Part shown: piece by piece, positions 18,388 through 28,691 of the stretch
Layout of the letters: each line of letters opens with the position of its first letter
How positions within the stretch are numbered: the first letter of the stretch is position 1
Assembly (NCBI GenBank): GCA_035285865.1
Contig: JAYKHS010000011.1
Span: 96,001-160,000, forward strand
Source of the DNA: Candidatus Sericytochromatia bacterium
Lineage (GTDB): Bacteria; Cyanobacteriota; Sericytochromatia; S15B-MN24; VGJW01
Direction of reading: 5' to 3'
DNA length: 64,000 nucleotides
Translations under genes and position numbers: made by a program
The notes under the pieces: model-generated
Databases searched by the model: none
What the model was told of the DNA's origin: nothing
Seen by the model: the letters and a program-made list of their open reading frames with translations, nothing else

Positions 18388-20739
18388 TCAGCGCCGCGCC
18401 CCGGAGGGCACGAGCCTGAGCAGGGTGCCGGAAATCCTGTCCAGCATGACGAGTTCCCCATCCGGGCCGACTGCCAGCGGACCTGGCCTGAGCCACTTCT
18501 GATCCAGCAAGGGGAGGTAGGTGCCTTCAGGCTTCCTCTCGCCTTCCCCACCTGCGAGCACGGTACGCCCTGAGGGCTCGAGCACGATCAACCGACCATG
18601 GTTGCCATCCGCTATCCAGAGGTCACCGCCCACCAGAGCCAACCCACTGACCACGCGCAGGCTGACGGCCATGGGATCGACCGCAACAGGGCCCCCGTCG
18701 AGCCCTCCGTGCCCGACAAGCGCCGTGAATCGGCCTGCGGGACACATGCGTCCCCAGAGGCGAACATCCTGACGCGGCCATGCCCAGACGCGCGCGGTGC
18801 TTCCGACCAACAAGGATCCGTCTTCGGTCCACGCGAGGGCTGATGCCCGCACAAGCGCCTCCTCGGGTGCAACCACAGGAAGGTCGGGCTCTGGAAAGGT
18901 CTGCCCATGGGCAAGAAGCAGGGTCGACCATTGTCCATCGGGCGAAAGGCGCATCAGTTCAAAGCGTCCAACGGACTGGATGGCGACGGCGAGGCCCCAG
19001 TCACGATGCCAGGCCACCGGCCCCGGCACGCCATCGTGGCTGGCAAGCCCCGGCACGGCGGGCAAGCGAGTCCAGGAAGCTGGCTGCACGTCCACGCCGC
19101 AGACGCGCGTCGCTTCGGGTTGCCATACTTCGAGCGCGCGGTCGCTTTCGCTCACGAGCACGACACCGAGCCCGAGGCGCGCAGCCTGACTCCACCTGAC
19201 TCCGGCGCCATCAGGAGCCGATCGAACGACTCGGACCTCGCCATCCGGGGCAAGGCGGCGAATCTCCGGTAGTTCTGGCAAACGGACCGAGCTCACGGAG
19301 CGCCTGTCACAGAACCACCATCCCCCATCCGGCCCGGCCAGCAACCATGCTGGATGAAAGAGGCGGACGCCTGTCCGGCCTTCGGTCTGGCCCGTCCCTG
19401 CACCAGGAGCCTCAAGCAGGATTCCGGCAAGATGGGAAGAGACCCTGACATCAGCCGTGGCCATCAAGCTACCCAGCCTCCAAGTGCCAAGATGGCGCCC
19501 TCGGACAGTCGCCCTCCAGCCGCCATCCTCAAGCACCGCCCAATCCGCCGATCCACTCCAGGACCAGGCCCCGGCATCGGGCAGCGGCCTTCCTCCGACA
19601 TCGAGCACCCGCAGGCCGGGATTCCAGACCTCGCCCAGGGCGATGGAAGCAGTGGGAACGTCCACGGACCAACTGGCCGCCACCGAGAACGTGGCAATCT
19701 CGGACCGTGAACCGTCCACCGCAACGGTAATCGGCCCCGTTGCCAGCAGGTTCGGCCAGACGAACCGGATATGGCGATCATCAAGGCGACGCGCCTGAGA
19801 GAGTTGAACATCCCCCACGTAAAGGCCCCAGGGACGCCCGCTCCACGAACCGAAATTGTCTCCCTCCACCGTCACCTCGGTGCCGGGAGCCACCACATCG
19901 GGCAGAACACGTCGGATACGCGGAGGAGGCTCTGCGAGGATCACCTCGCCGAGCGAGACCTCCGGCCCCTCGAACGCCTCGAGGCTGCGAACCTGCGCAG
20001 GTAGACCATCGGCGATGAAGGCCACCGCCGACGTACCGGGCGGGACACCCGCAAGGGCGAAGAATCCGTCGGAACCAGGCCTGACCCAACGATCCCCACC
20101 GGGCAGGAAAACCACGACTTCCTCGGGACGACGCCCGGGTGGGACGGCCACTTGGCCTCGGATCGTCCACGTGCGGGCGAGGACGACTGGCCCGAGATCC
20201 AGCGTTGCCGTGGCACCCTGCAGGACGATCTGGCGCGAGGCCATCTGCCCGTCCTCCGAGCCCACGACCTTGAGGGTGAAGTGACCGGTTCTCGGAGCGT
20301 CCAGAACGAAATGCCCCTGAGCATCCGACCGGGTAGCCGACAGGATGCGGACGGGCACGAGCGGACCGACCGGATATCGCAGTGCCAATGGTGATGTCTG
20401 CAGGACGCCATCAAGGGGCGTGGACTGGAGGCTGCCATCCATGGGTGTCGACTGCAACGCACCATCCAGTCCGGAAGTATCGGCGGCATCGACGAAACCG
20501 CCAAGACTCTCCGACGTCGGCGCCCCCTCGGGGACGTTGAAGCCCTGGATCAGATAGACCTTGGCCAAGTTCACGGCAGAGCCGCGCAAATCCCGCACAC
20601 GCCCCTGTATCCGCGTCTGGAGAGCCGATCCGCGCACGTCTGTCGCTTGGGGGGCACGAGGCACAGGCAACTGCAAACAGGCCGCCAACAGGGCGCACAG
20701 CAAGCATGTCCACCAGGCCGAGCTTCTCACGGCAGCCAT
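18388..20739 (-). CDS. Lipoprotein with carboxypeptidase-regulatory-like, IPT/TIG-like and beta-propeller regions
   Basis: Lipobox LLAAC; IQGRVRD...SDAQGHF; PGTEVTVEGDNFG; LWIADGNHGRL. Confidence 0.75.
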   Translation of the reverse strand: MAAVRSSAWWTCLLCALLAACLQLPVPRAPQATDVRGSALQTRIQGRVRDLRGSAVNLAKVYLIQGFNVPEGAPTSESLGGFVDAADTSGLDGALQSTPMDGSLQSTPLDGVLQTSPLALRYPVGPLVPVRILSATRSDAQGHFVLDAPRTGHFTLKVVGSEDGQMASRQIVLQGATATLDLGPVVLARTWTIRGQVAVPPGRRPEEVVVFLPGGDRWVRPGSDGFFALAGVPPGTSAVAFIADGLPAQVRSLEAFEGPEVSLGEVILAEPPPRIRRVLPDVVAPGTEVTVEGDNFGSWSGRPWGLYVGDVQLSQARRLDDRHIRFVWPNLLATGPITVAVDGSRSEIATFSVAASWSVDVPTASIALGEVWNPGLRVLDVGGRPLPDAGAWSWSGSADWAVLEDGGWRATVRGRHLGTWRLGSLMATADVRVSSHLAGILLEAPGAGTGQTEGRTGVRLFHPAWLLAGPDGGWWFCDRRSVSSVRLPELPEIRRLAPDGEVRVVRSAPDGAGVRWSQAARLGLGVVLVSESDRALEVWQPEATRVCGVDVQPASWTRLPAVPGLASHDGVPGPVAWHRDWGLAVAIQSVGRFELMRLSPDGQWSTLLLAHGQTFPEPDLPVVAPEEALVRASALAWTEDGSLLVGSTARVWAWPRQDVRLWGRMCPAGRFTALVGHGGLDGGPVAVDPMAVSLRVVSGLALVGGDLWIADGNHGRLIVLEPSGRTVLAGGEGERKPEGTYLPLLDQKWLRPGPLAVGPDGELVMLDRISGTLLRLVPSGARR
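20389..20469 (-). repeat. Three tandem 27-bp coding repeats
   Basis: LDGALQSTP MDGSLQSTP LDGVLQTSP. Confidence 0.85.
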
Positions 20740-22592
20740 TCCAGGAGGTGGCCAGACAGCGGGTCGGCCTGAAGCAGGCGACCATCCCCAAGCGGCATCA
20801 AGGACGTAGGCCTGCCCAGGCGCACCGCCAAGGCCGGAAGGGGAATCTCCCCCGGCGTCAGGGGAATTCCGGTCACCAGCCCTTCGCCTGCCAACTGCCT
20901 GAAGCCGGCATCGGGGCTCCAGCGCCACAGCCGCGCTCGCGCCACCTCCGCCAGCAGCAGGGAATCGCCGAGCCACGCCATGGCCCGCACTTCACCGGAA
21001 GGAGCTGCAAGGGCGCGCCGATCCACGACTTGCCAATCCGAACTGCCTTCCGACCTGAGCCAGATGGCGCCCGGACCTGCAACAGCAACCTGGCCCAACC
21101 GCCCCACGGCCACGGACTCCGCACGGCTACCCGGGGGCAGGGATAGCAAGGTACGCCCACCTTCGTCGCGCAAGTGGCCTGCCTCTGACATGATCAGCAG
21201 CCCATCGGGCCGGACGGCAAATGCATCGATGCTCCCTCGGGCAACTTCCCGGGAAGTGCCATCGGACCACTGGAAGCGGCGCAGGACATCAGCACCCGGG
21301 CCGGTGCGCCCGAGAACAAGGACCTGCCCTCTGGAATCGACGGCAATGGAGCGCGGTCGATCGACGTGCCAGGGCAGAGTCTGCCATAGGCCCTCGGGAG
21401 AGCGATGCAGGCAGCGAGCACCGAGATGATCCCCCACGAGCCAACCACCATCGGGAGCGAGGGAAAGGGCATAGGGCGTCACGCCCGCCGGCAGGACAGG
21501 CAAGCGACGAAGCCGGGCATCGTCAATCAGAACGGACGCCGTAGCCACGAGCGACCCCCCGGTGACCACGAAATCCAGACGATCGAAACCTGCTTCGGTG
21601 CGACGCGTACGTACGATGGCCGCATCCTCGAGCATCGCTCGATAGCCGTCATCGGCCTCACCTTCCACTTGAGCCTGGGGAATGGACCCGTGGGGGACCA
21701 CGGAAGGCAAGCCGACAAGGCGGAGTGCCCGCATGCGATGCCAGAAAATGCCGAGACCCTCGACACCGTCGCGGATGACACGCACAGGACCGGACACGGC
21801 CTCCTCAGGGACACGTACCTCCCAGAGACCGTCCGCCACCTGGCGTGGGGCCACGGCCTCGGCGCCGGTGAATCGAATCGTGAAACCGCCCTGAATCCGG
21901 GGATCGACCGCGACGGACAGGATATCCCCGGGACTGCTGAAAGCCGGGGAAAGGGCAAGCAGGGGAACTTCCTCCGGACGCACAGGGATCTGGAGATTGG
22001 ATGCGTCCGTGGCACTCGGATTCCAGAGGGCGACTCCCGTGAAACCGGTCCCGCGTACCCGGATACGCCTTACACCTGCAGGCATGCCATCGATCCTGAA
22101 CCCACCTTCAGAATCAGCCCACCCGATGCGCGGGAGACCCTCGACTTCAATCCGGGAGCCAATCGCTCGCGGCAATTCCGGAGGAACCTGAAGGCGACCG
22201 GACAGTGTCAGGGCAGCCTCCCACATCGGGGTTGCCATCCTCGTGACACCGGCACTCCAATGGAATCCCGTGCTTCCCGTGACCCAGTCACGGCCCTCGA
22301 GCTGCACCAGCAGCAAATCCGCCCTGCCGAAGGGCAACGCCCTGCCCGGAAGTGCAGGAAGGGATTCAGGCATCCCGAGCGTGCGGCCCGAGGAATCCAG
22401 CGCCACCCAATGGAGCGTGATCCGGTCCTCGGGCAGTCCGGGATAGCCAAGGTCCTCGGGGAGAATGACGGAAGCAATTGCGGACTCCACGTCACGGCCC
22501 CGGTCCTGAACACCGGCCACGCCGAGCTCCTGTTGGAAGCACCCGGCGAGCAGGGCCCCGGACAGAAGAACGTATCTCTCGAGGGCTGACAC
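20727..22592 (-). CDS. Lipoprotein with Ig-like and beta-propeller regions
   Basis: Lipobox LLAGC; ADSEGGFRIDGMPAG; PRSIAVDSRGQVLV. Confidence 0.75.
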   Translation of the reverse strand: MSALERYVLLSGALLAGCFQQELGVAGVQDRGRDVESAIASVILPEDLGYPGLPEDRITLHWVALDSSGRTLGMPESLPALPGRALPFGRADLLLVQLEGRDWVTGSTGFHWSAGVTRMATPMWEAALTLSGRLQVPPELPRAIGSRIEVEGLPRIGWADSEGGFRIDGMPAGVRRIRVRGTGFTGVALWNPSATDASNLQIPVRPEEVPLLALSPAFSSPGDILSVAVDPRIQGGFTIRFTGAEAVAPRQVADGLWEVRVPEEAVSGPVRVIRDGVEGLGIFWHRMRALRLVGLPSVVPHGSIPQAQVEGEADDGYRAMLEDAAIVRTRRTEAGFDRLDFVVTGGSLVATASVLIDDARLRRLPVLPAGVTPYALSLAPDGGWLVGDHLGARCLHRSPEGLWQTLPWHVDRPRSIAVDSRGQVLVLGRTGPGADVLRRFQWSDGTSREVARGSIDAFAVRPDGLLIMSEAGHLRDEGGRTLLSLPPGSRAESVAVGRLGQVAVAGPGAIWLRSEGSSDWQVVDRRALAAPSGEVRAMAWLGDSLLLAEVARARLWRWSPDAGFRQLAGEGLVTGIPLTPGEIPLPALAVRLGRPTSLMPLGDGRLLQADPLSGHLLEWLP

Positions 22593-22593
22593 G

Positions 22594-24093
22594 TCAGGGG
22601 GCGGTCTTGACCCGCCTGACCCGATTGGCAGAGAAATCCGTAATCAGGATATCGCCCGTCGCATCCACGGCGAGGTAGGTCGGAAGAGCGAGTCGCCCTG
22701 CAGCAAGGGGCACGGGTCCATCAGGCTCGGTGGCAGGTCCCGGTCCGGCAAGGCGGTGAACGAGGCCCGTGTTCCTGTCGAACAGACGAAGGCGGGCGAG
22801 TGTGGGCTCGAGGAAGACAAGATGACCCTCCGGAGTCACGGCCATGGAGCTGGCCTTGAACACGCTGGCTTGAAGGCCCGGCAGGCCATCGCCCTGATCC
22901 ACCTGGCTCTTGACGTCGGTGCTGGCGCTATAAGGGGTACGAGGCCCCTCGCCAATCATCGGATACACCCGACCGGCTGTCCGCCGACCACCAAAGCCCT
23001 CGATGTCCTGAAGGCAAACCAGCATGATCCTCGCGACACTCAAGGACTGGGTGGTGCTGTCCTGTTGCGTCAGCAGCTGGGTGGACACCTCACTGAACCA
23101 GACATTGCCGTCGGGATCCACGTGTGGCGCTGACGGCCCGGCAATCGGTGCCTCCGCCAGCAGCGCACCCTCCTCACCAATCAGTCCGGTTGCCGAACCG
23201 CTCCCTGCAAGGACGACCACGGCCCCATCGAGATTCAGGCGATAGAGGTACCGATGGGCGGTAATGCTCGCCTTGTTCTGATTGACGACCGTGAAGACAA
23301 GCGTCCCATCCGGGGCGGCTGAAAGGCCATTGGGCTTGCCCAACTCGGCAGGCAGGGGGACCACATGCGCCTTGCCCGCCTCGAGGTCCAGACCATAGGC
23401 ACGACCCGATGCAACGGGCATCAGCAGAAGCTGGCCGGACCCGTCGACAACCCACACGGAACCATCGGGGGAAACGGCCACCTCGGCAGGAACCGCGGAA
23501 GCCGTCGTGCCCAGAAGGCGGACTTCAGCCTGATTGACCGGCACTCCTGGTGCCGCAGGCGTTCCGGGCACCTGACCCGCCCAAGTCGCTGCCACTCCGT
23601 GATCGTCGACACGGATGACACCGTGGCCACGGTCAAGAACCAGCCCTCGACCATCCGGCAGAAAGGCCACATTCGTCGGTTTGCTCAGGTAGGCAGAAGC
23701 CACTGGCAGACCATCGCCCAGCATCCCGCCCGGGGCATCCGCCGCCCCGTTCTCGATACCGCTGCCGAAGCCGGCCGCCACGGTCCAGAATGCAGCCGGC
23801 GCCCACGCCTGCTGCCTGGCCGGGGCGACCGCCGGAGTGGGGCCAGGTGTAGGCTCAGGCGTTGCTGCCGGGGTAGGTTCGGGAGTCGGCACCGGGCTAG
23901 GGGTAGACTCAGGCGTTGGTGCCGAGGAAGGCTCGGGAGACATGGACGCAGACGCCACGCCCGATGCCGACGGCACCGACGTTGCCTGAGCAAGGGTGGT
24001 GATCCGCTGCAGCAGCGCCCCGTCCGAGCACGCGACCAGCACGGCAAGCGCCAAGGGCGCAGCGATGAAAGTTACCGAACCAAATTTACGCAT
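22594..24093 (-). CDS. Lipoprotein with Pro/Thr linker and NHL repeats
   Basis: Lipobox LVAC; PEPTP linker about 23821-23937; LALPTYLAVDATGDILITDFSANRVRR. Confidence 0.85.
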   Translation of the reverse strand: MRKFGSVTFIAAPLALAVLVACSDGALLQRITTLAQATSVPSASGVASASMSPEPSSAPTPESTPSPVPTPEPTPAATPEPTPGPTPAVAPARQQAWAPAAFWTVAAGFGSGIENGAADAPGGMLGDGLPVASAYLSKPTNVAFLPDGRGLVLDRGHGVIRVDDHGVAATWAGQVPGTPAAPGVPVNQAEVRLLGTTASAVPAEVAVSPDGSVWVVDGSGQLLLMPVASGRAYGLDLEAGKAHVVPLPAELGKPNGLSAAPDGTLVFTVVNQNKASITAHRYLYRLNLDGAVVVLAGSGSATGLIGEEGALLAEAPIAGPSAPHVDPDGNVWFSEVSTQLLTQQDSTTQSLSVARIMLVCLQDIEGFGGRRTAGRVYPMIGEGPRTPYSASTDVKSQVDQGDGLPGLQASVFKASSMAVTPEGHLVFLEPTLARLRLFDRNTGLVHRLAGPGPATEPDGPVPLAAGRLALPTYLAVDATGDILITDFSANRVRRVKTAP

Positions 24094-24186
24094 TATAAAA
24101 AAGTGTAACAGATGGCAACACACCGGACGGGCGACATGACACGCATCCGCCAGCTTGATCTACAGGTCAAATAATGTCATACTGAT

Positions 24187-25848
24187 ATGAGATACCATGC
24201 TGAGCTGGACTTGAGCAGTACCGCCACGGGGATTCATTTGTCTCCGATTGACATCATCCCGCTGGGGCCCTTGCTGGCTGTCGGCTCCTTGGGTTTGGCA
24301 ATTCTTGTTGCCGTGGACGAGTTGCCTGCATCCCCGGTCAATCTCGGGACCCTTCGGCATCTTGCAGAGCAAGCGCTCCGGCGTCACTTCTCTGCTGGCA
24401 TCAGAGTTCACGGACCCAACCTGCATTCGGCATCCGAGTGGTCCTGGCTCGGGACCACGATTGCCGAGCTTGCCGCGGAAACCGTGCAAGTTGCGAGCGA
24501 CGGCCGCGAGGCAGGCTCGACCGCTGACTTCTCCATCGTGAAGATTGCCGATTCGAAGGCCACGCTCTGGCCTGATCATCCGCTGGCGCAACCGCAAGAC
24601 GACCAAGGATGGCAGCAGTTCAGCGACACCGCCGTGCGGCTCACACGACTCGGAGCGTGGGCGGAATCGCTCGGCGATACGCGATGCCTTGATGAAGTCA
24701 TTGCAATCTGGCGCTTGCATCCGCCAGCGGCGACCAACAACGAGCTCATGCCGCTGATTGCAGCAAGGCGGGAACTCGCGTGCGGCAATCCTGCCGAAGC
24801 GTGGGAAATGCTGGACCGGTGGCAGCCCAGCGCACGGGCAGTACGTCGCAGCCGCTGGCTGGCCATGGTCAAAATCCTGGAGTTCCTTGGTGACTATCAG
24901 GCTGCGAGTGGCCTCCTCGACCTCGCCGAACGCCTGTCGGACCCCAAGGACTGGGAGGTCCGGGCACACAGGGCAGTCCTGCAACTCAGGCTCGGCCACC
25001 TGGATGATCTGGCTGCATCCCCGTTGCCCGACGACAACGCCGAGCGTATCCCCGACACCGTTGAATCGGCGATGTGGGCGTCGACTGTCGGCATCGCATG
25101 TTTCCGCCTCGGACGCTACCGGAACGCCATCGCGTGGCATCAATTGGCTCTGTCGGTCAGGAATCGGCTCGGGGACCTTGTTGCCGTGGCGAGAAGCTGG
25201 AACAACATCGGCAATGTCCACATCGAGTCCGGTGCCTTTGATGAAGCGCGCGAGGCCTTTGAAATGGCCGAGTCCCTGCTCGCGCAAGCGGGAGAAGTCG
25301 TGCTCAGAGCGACGGTAGCCAACAATCTTGGCAGCCTGCTGCTCCTCACTGAACGATTCGACGAAGCCAGAACAACCGTTTCACGCGCTTTCGATCTCAA
25401 GGAGGCCTCTGGCGAAGCACCAGGGCGCGCAATCGCCCAAGCGACTTTGGCGGCCATCGAGCTCGGTGCAGGCAATCTTGAGGAAGCGAGGAGGTATCTC
25501 TGGGACGCTCGCATCACGATTGAATCCTGTGGGCTTGAAGAGAACTTGCCGGATGTCGGGATTCTGGATGCAGAGCTCGCGCTGGCAGAAGGCGCCCATG
25601 AAAGGGCTGGCAAACTGCTTCTGGATCTACTTGCATGCGTCGAGGCGAGTCGACCGACGTTGTTGCCTCGCATCCATCGGGGGCTGGCCCGGGTCGCACA
25701 CGAGATGAGCCAGCACTCAAGGACCGACCACCATCTGTTTCAGGCCCTGCGCGCATCAGGGAACAGCGAGCGCCGCCACGAGCACTCGCGAACGCTTGCG
25801 CTTGCCGCGAAGCTCGGACGTCCCCTCGAGGACGCAGATGGCGCATGA
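24187..25848 (+). CDS. Tetratricopeptide repeat protein
   Basis: TPR motifs VARSWNNIGNVH...AREAFEMA and ATVANNLGSLL; unrecognised N-terminal region. Confidence 0.8.
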   Translation: MRYHAELDLSSTATGIHLSPIDIIPLGPLLAVGSLGLAILVAVDELPASPVNLGTLRHLAEQALRRHFSAGIRVHGPNLHSASEWSWLGTTIAELAAETVQVASDGREAGSTADFSIVKIADSKATLWPDHPLAQPQDDQGWQQFSDTAVRLTRLGAWAESLGDTRCLDEVIAIWRLHPPAATNNELMPLIAARRELACGNPAEAWEMLDRWQPSARAVRRSRWLAMVKILEFLGDYQAASGLLDLAERLSDPKDWEVRAHRAVLQLRLGHLDDLAASPLPDDNAERIPDTVESAMWASTVGIACFRLGRYRNAIAWHQLALSVRNRLGDLVAVARSWNNIGNVHIESGAFDEAREAFEMAESLLAQAGEVVLRATVANNLGSLLLLTERFDEARTTVSRAFDLKEASGEAPGRAIAQATLAAIELGAGNLEEARRYLWDARITIESCGLEENLPDVGILDAELALAEGAHERAGKLLLDLLACVEASRPTLLPRIHRGLARVAHEMSQHSRTDHHLFQALRASGNSERRHEHSRTLALAAKLGRPLEDADGA

Positions 25849-27392
25849 TGAACGGCTTTGACCTCCGGGACGGAGTCTTCCTTGCCTCCCTCTTGCGGCA
25901 TCTGGAAAGCGATAGCTGGCAAGAGGCCGCGTGGTTCCAAGACGTCGCGGAGATCACGCAGGCCGAAGCGGCGCACTACGATGCGTCCGGGGACCTCCGG
26001 CTCGTTTCCGTCCCCCGAGGCGACGGGGCCAACACGAGTCAGCTCCCCATCCCAGCCTCACTTCCGGTCGGGTCCGATGCCTGGTGCATCTTGCCGTTGG
26101 ATCAGGGTGAGTACCTTGCGGTGGCGACACGAAGCCCAATGGGAGAGGGCATGCACGCTGCCATCAGAGTCATGGTGGCCCTCCGTCGGCAGGCCTTGGC
26201 GGGACGGCCGGAACCGCAGTTGCCTGATGCCCCTTGGGCTCAGGCAGGTCGGCTGCTGTCGCGGGGACGGTTCGACTCACTCGGCCTGACGCCTCTGCTG
26301 GTCTTGGCATGCAGAACGCTTGGTGCGGTGGATGTCCTGGTCCTGTCTTCGACGGAGGAAAATCGTCTTGATGTCGTTGCCCGCGCCGGTGGTGCGGAGG
26401 CAACGTTAGCGGAGGCACCGACCACCACCACCGGACGCACGGCCTGGGTGGACAGCCTGCTGGACTCGGCGCGTGTGCGCTTCACGCGGGGGGCCAGTGC
26501 CATCGAAAGAGAGTTGCCAGGCCTTGAATGCCTCGGCCAGGTCGGTCTCACCCTCTGGCATCCCCTGAGGCGCCGCGGAAGCCATGTTGGCATGGTGCTC
26601 GTCATCTGGGATGACGAGGCCGAACTGGACAGTATCCGCAGTCGATGGCTGGGGAGCCTCGCAGACCTGCTACAACTGCTATTCGAGCACTCGGCCATAT
26701 CTCGGGAACTGCAACATACCCGCCTGACCGTCAGGCAGCATGAGTCGAGAACCGGCGAGGATCAGGCCTTCGTCAAGCAGTTGCTTCACGACTTGCGCAA
26801 CGAAGTGCACGCGCTGGCGCTCCTCGCGGACGATATGCATCAACTGGCAACCCAGCAAGCCGAAGTCGAGACGACGGAGAGCCTGGTGCGGCAGGTTCGA
26901 TGCATGTCAGGTTACCTTGGCCAGGTCGGTCGCAATTGGCAGGATGGTCGGGCGTGGAACGAATCCGCCGGCTTGCAGGTGGCCGACATCTTGAGCAGAG
27001 CCCTCCAGATGGAACCCGCGCTTCAAATGGTCACGACGGATGATGCCCAGTCAGTCGAGCTCCTTTGTCCGCGTACTGTTGCGAACGATCTCGTCGCGGT
27101 CCTCCTGCAAGCGATGGAATCCATCGCACCGGGACACAAGCCGCGCCTCTCGACCCTGCTTACGGCAGGGTGGCTGACACTTGCCGTCGACACACCGGAT
27201 CTGCAACTCGCCGCTCATCCGTCGGGAATCGTGCGCTTGTCTCCACGGCATTTCGGGATGGCCGCAGCAGAGGCCATCTCCATGGTCGAAGACCTCTGCG
27301 TTGCGCACGGCTTCCAGTTCGGTGTCCGCTTGCATCCAGGACATCCACCCCGCCTGCATGCCTCGGTACGCACGGAGTCGTGGGGCCAGTAA
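25845..27392 (+). CDS. GAF + HisKA-like protein with degenerate ATPase domain
   Basis: ATGA overlap with the TPR gene; GAF-like LWHPLRRRGSHVGMVLV; H-box LLHDLRNEV; no clear N, G1 or G2 boxes. Confidence 0.65.
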   Translation: MMNGFDLRDGVFLASLLRHLESDSWQEAAWFQDVAEITQAEAAHYDASGDLRLVSVPRGDGANTSQLPIPASLPVGSDAWCILPLDQGEYLAVATRSPMGEGMHAAIRVMVALRRQALAGRPEPQLPDAPWAQAGRLLSRGRFDSLGLTPLLVLACRTLGAVDVLVLSSTEENRLDVVARAGGAEATLAEAPTTTTGRTAWVDSLLDSARVRFTRGASAIERELPGLECLGQVGLTLWHPLRRRGSHVGMVLVIWDDEAELDSIRSRWLGSLADLLQLLFEHSAISRELQHTRLTVRQHESRTGEDQAFVKQLLHDLRNEVHALALLADDMHQLATQQAEVETTESLVRQVRCMSGYLGQVGRNWQDGRAWNESAGLQVADILSRALQMEPALQMVTTDDAQSVELLCPRTVANDLVAVLLQAMESIAPGHKPRLSTLLTAGWLTLAVDTPDLQLAAHPSGIVRLSPRHFGMAAAEAISMVEDLCVAHGFQFGVRLHPGHPPRLHASVRTESWGQ

Positions 27393-27446
27393 TCACATCG
27401 GATGCCGGCTTGTCCGCCGGGCTTGCTGCGGGGTAGGATGCCCGCC

Positions 27447-28691
27447 ATGACTCCAAAGGAAGCCGCCGAAGCCCGGATCGGCCGTGCGGAGGAACGCCTC
27501 GAGGACACCTTCAGGGCCATTCGCGCCACGGAATGGGCCAACACCCGAAGAGTCCTGGAGGCCTTTCAGGCCGCACGTGTCGGTGAAGAACACTTTGCCG
27601 GGACAACGGGCTATGGCCATGACGACCTCGGCAGGGAGTGTCTGGACACCGTCATGGCCACGGTCCTGGGTTCTGAGGCTTCCCTTGTACGAGGCAGCAT
27701 CGCCTCCGGTACTCATGCCATTGCCTTGGCGCTCTACGGTGCGCTTGCACCGGGCCGAGAGTTGCTATACATCACGGGACACCCCTACGACACGCTGGAG
27801 GAAGTCATCGGCCTTCGGGGAGGCGGGCAAGGCTCCTTGATGGAGTGGGGTGTCGGCTATCGGGAGATCGATCTGCTGCCGGACGGCCAGATAGACCTCG
27901 CTGGCTGCCTCGCGGCCATTTCGGACAAGACTGCTGTCGTGGCGATCCAGCGTAGCCGGGGTTATGCATGGAGGCCGTCCCAGTCCATTTCGCGGATTGA
28001 AGAAGCCATCAGCACGCTACGGAAAGCCCACCCGCATCTGGTCTTCTTCGTCGACAACTGCTACGGCGAATTCGTCGAAGACCGCGAGCCAACCCACGTC
28101 GGAGCCGATCTCATCGCGGGTTCGCTCATCAAGAACCCGGGGGCCGGCATCGTGCCAGCGGGTGGTTATGTGGCGGGCAGGGCCGATCTGGTGCACCGAG
28201 CGGCCTGCCGACTTACCGCCCCGGGAATAGGTGCAGCCGGCGGAGCGACGCTGGATTCGCTCCGGCTCATGTTCCAGGGACTCTTTCTGGCTCCCCACGT
28301 GGTTGCCGAAGCCGTCATGGGTGGAGTTCTCGCTGCTGCGGTCCTCGAGGAGATGGGGCATTCCGTCGATCCGGCTCCCACGGATCTGCGCACCGACATC
28401 ATCCAGGCGGTACGGCTCGGCTCGGCGGAACGCCTCGTGACCTTCTGCCAGACCGTGCAGCGTACCTCGCCCATCCACGCGCACGTCACCCCGGAGCCCG
28501 CAGTTGTTCCGGGCTACGCCGATCATGTGGTGATGGCCGCGGGAACGTTCATCGAAGGCTCCACCATCGAGCTCTCGTGTGACGGCCCCTTGCGTCCACC
28601 CTACGTCGCGTACTGGCAGGGAGGGCTCAGCTACGGCCATGCACGAGAAGCCTTGGTTCGCGTGTGCAAAGCTCTGGACCAGTTGGCATGA
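27447..28691 (+). CDS. Methionine gamma-lyase family PLP enzyme (YnbB / aluminium-resistance family)
   Basis: GTTGYGHDDLGR, SGTHAI, QRSRGY, VDNCYGEFVE, AGSLIKNPG, MAAGTFIEGSTIELSCDGPLRPPY. Confidence 0.92.
   Translation: MTPKEAAEARIGRAEERLEDTFRAIRATEWANTRRVLEAFQAARVGEEHFAGTTGYGHDDLGRECLDTVMATVLGSEASLVRGSIASGTHAIALALYGALAPGRELLYITGHPYDTLEEVIGLRGGGQGSLMEWGVGYREIDLLPDGQIDLAGCLAAISDKTAVVAIQRSRGYAWRPSQSISRIEEAISTLRKAHPHLVFFVDNCYGEFVEDREPTHVGADLIAGSLIKNPGAGIVPAGGYVAGRADLVHRAACRLTAPGIGAAGGATLDSLRLMFQGLFLAPHVVAEAVMGGVLAAAVLEEMGHSVDPAPTDLRTDIIQAVRLGSAERLVTFCQTVQRTSPIHAHVTPEPAVVPGYADHVVMAAGTFIEGSTIELSCDGPLRPPYVAYWQGGLSYGHAREALVRVCKALDQLA

Noticed and set aside
23821..23937. PEPTP-type repeats as a special element
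   Set aside because: Ordinary Pro/Thr linker between the lipid anchor and the propeller.
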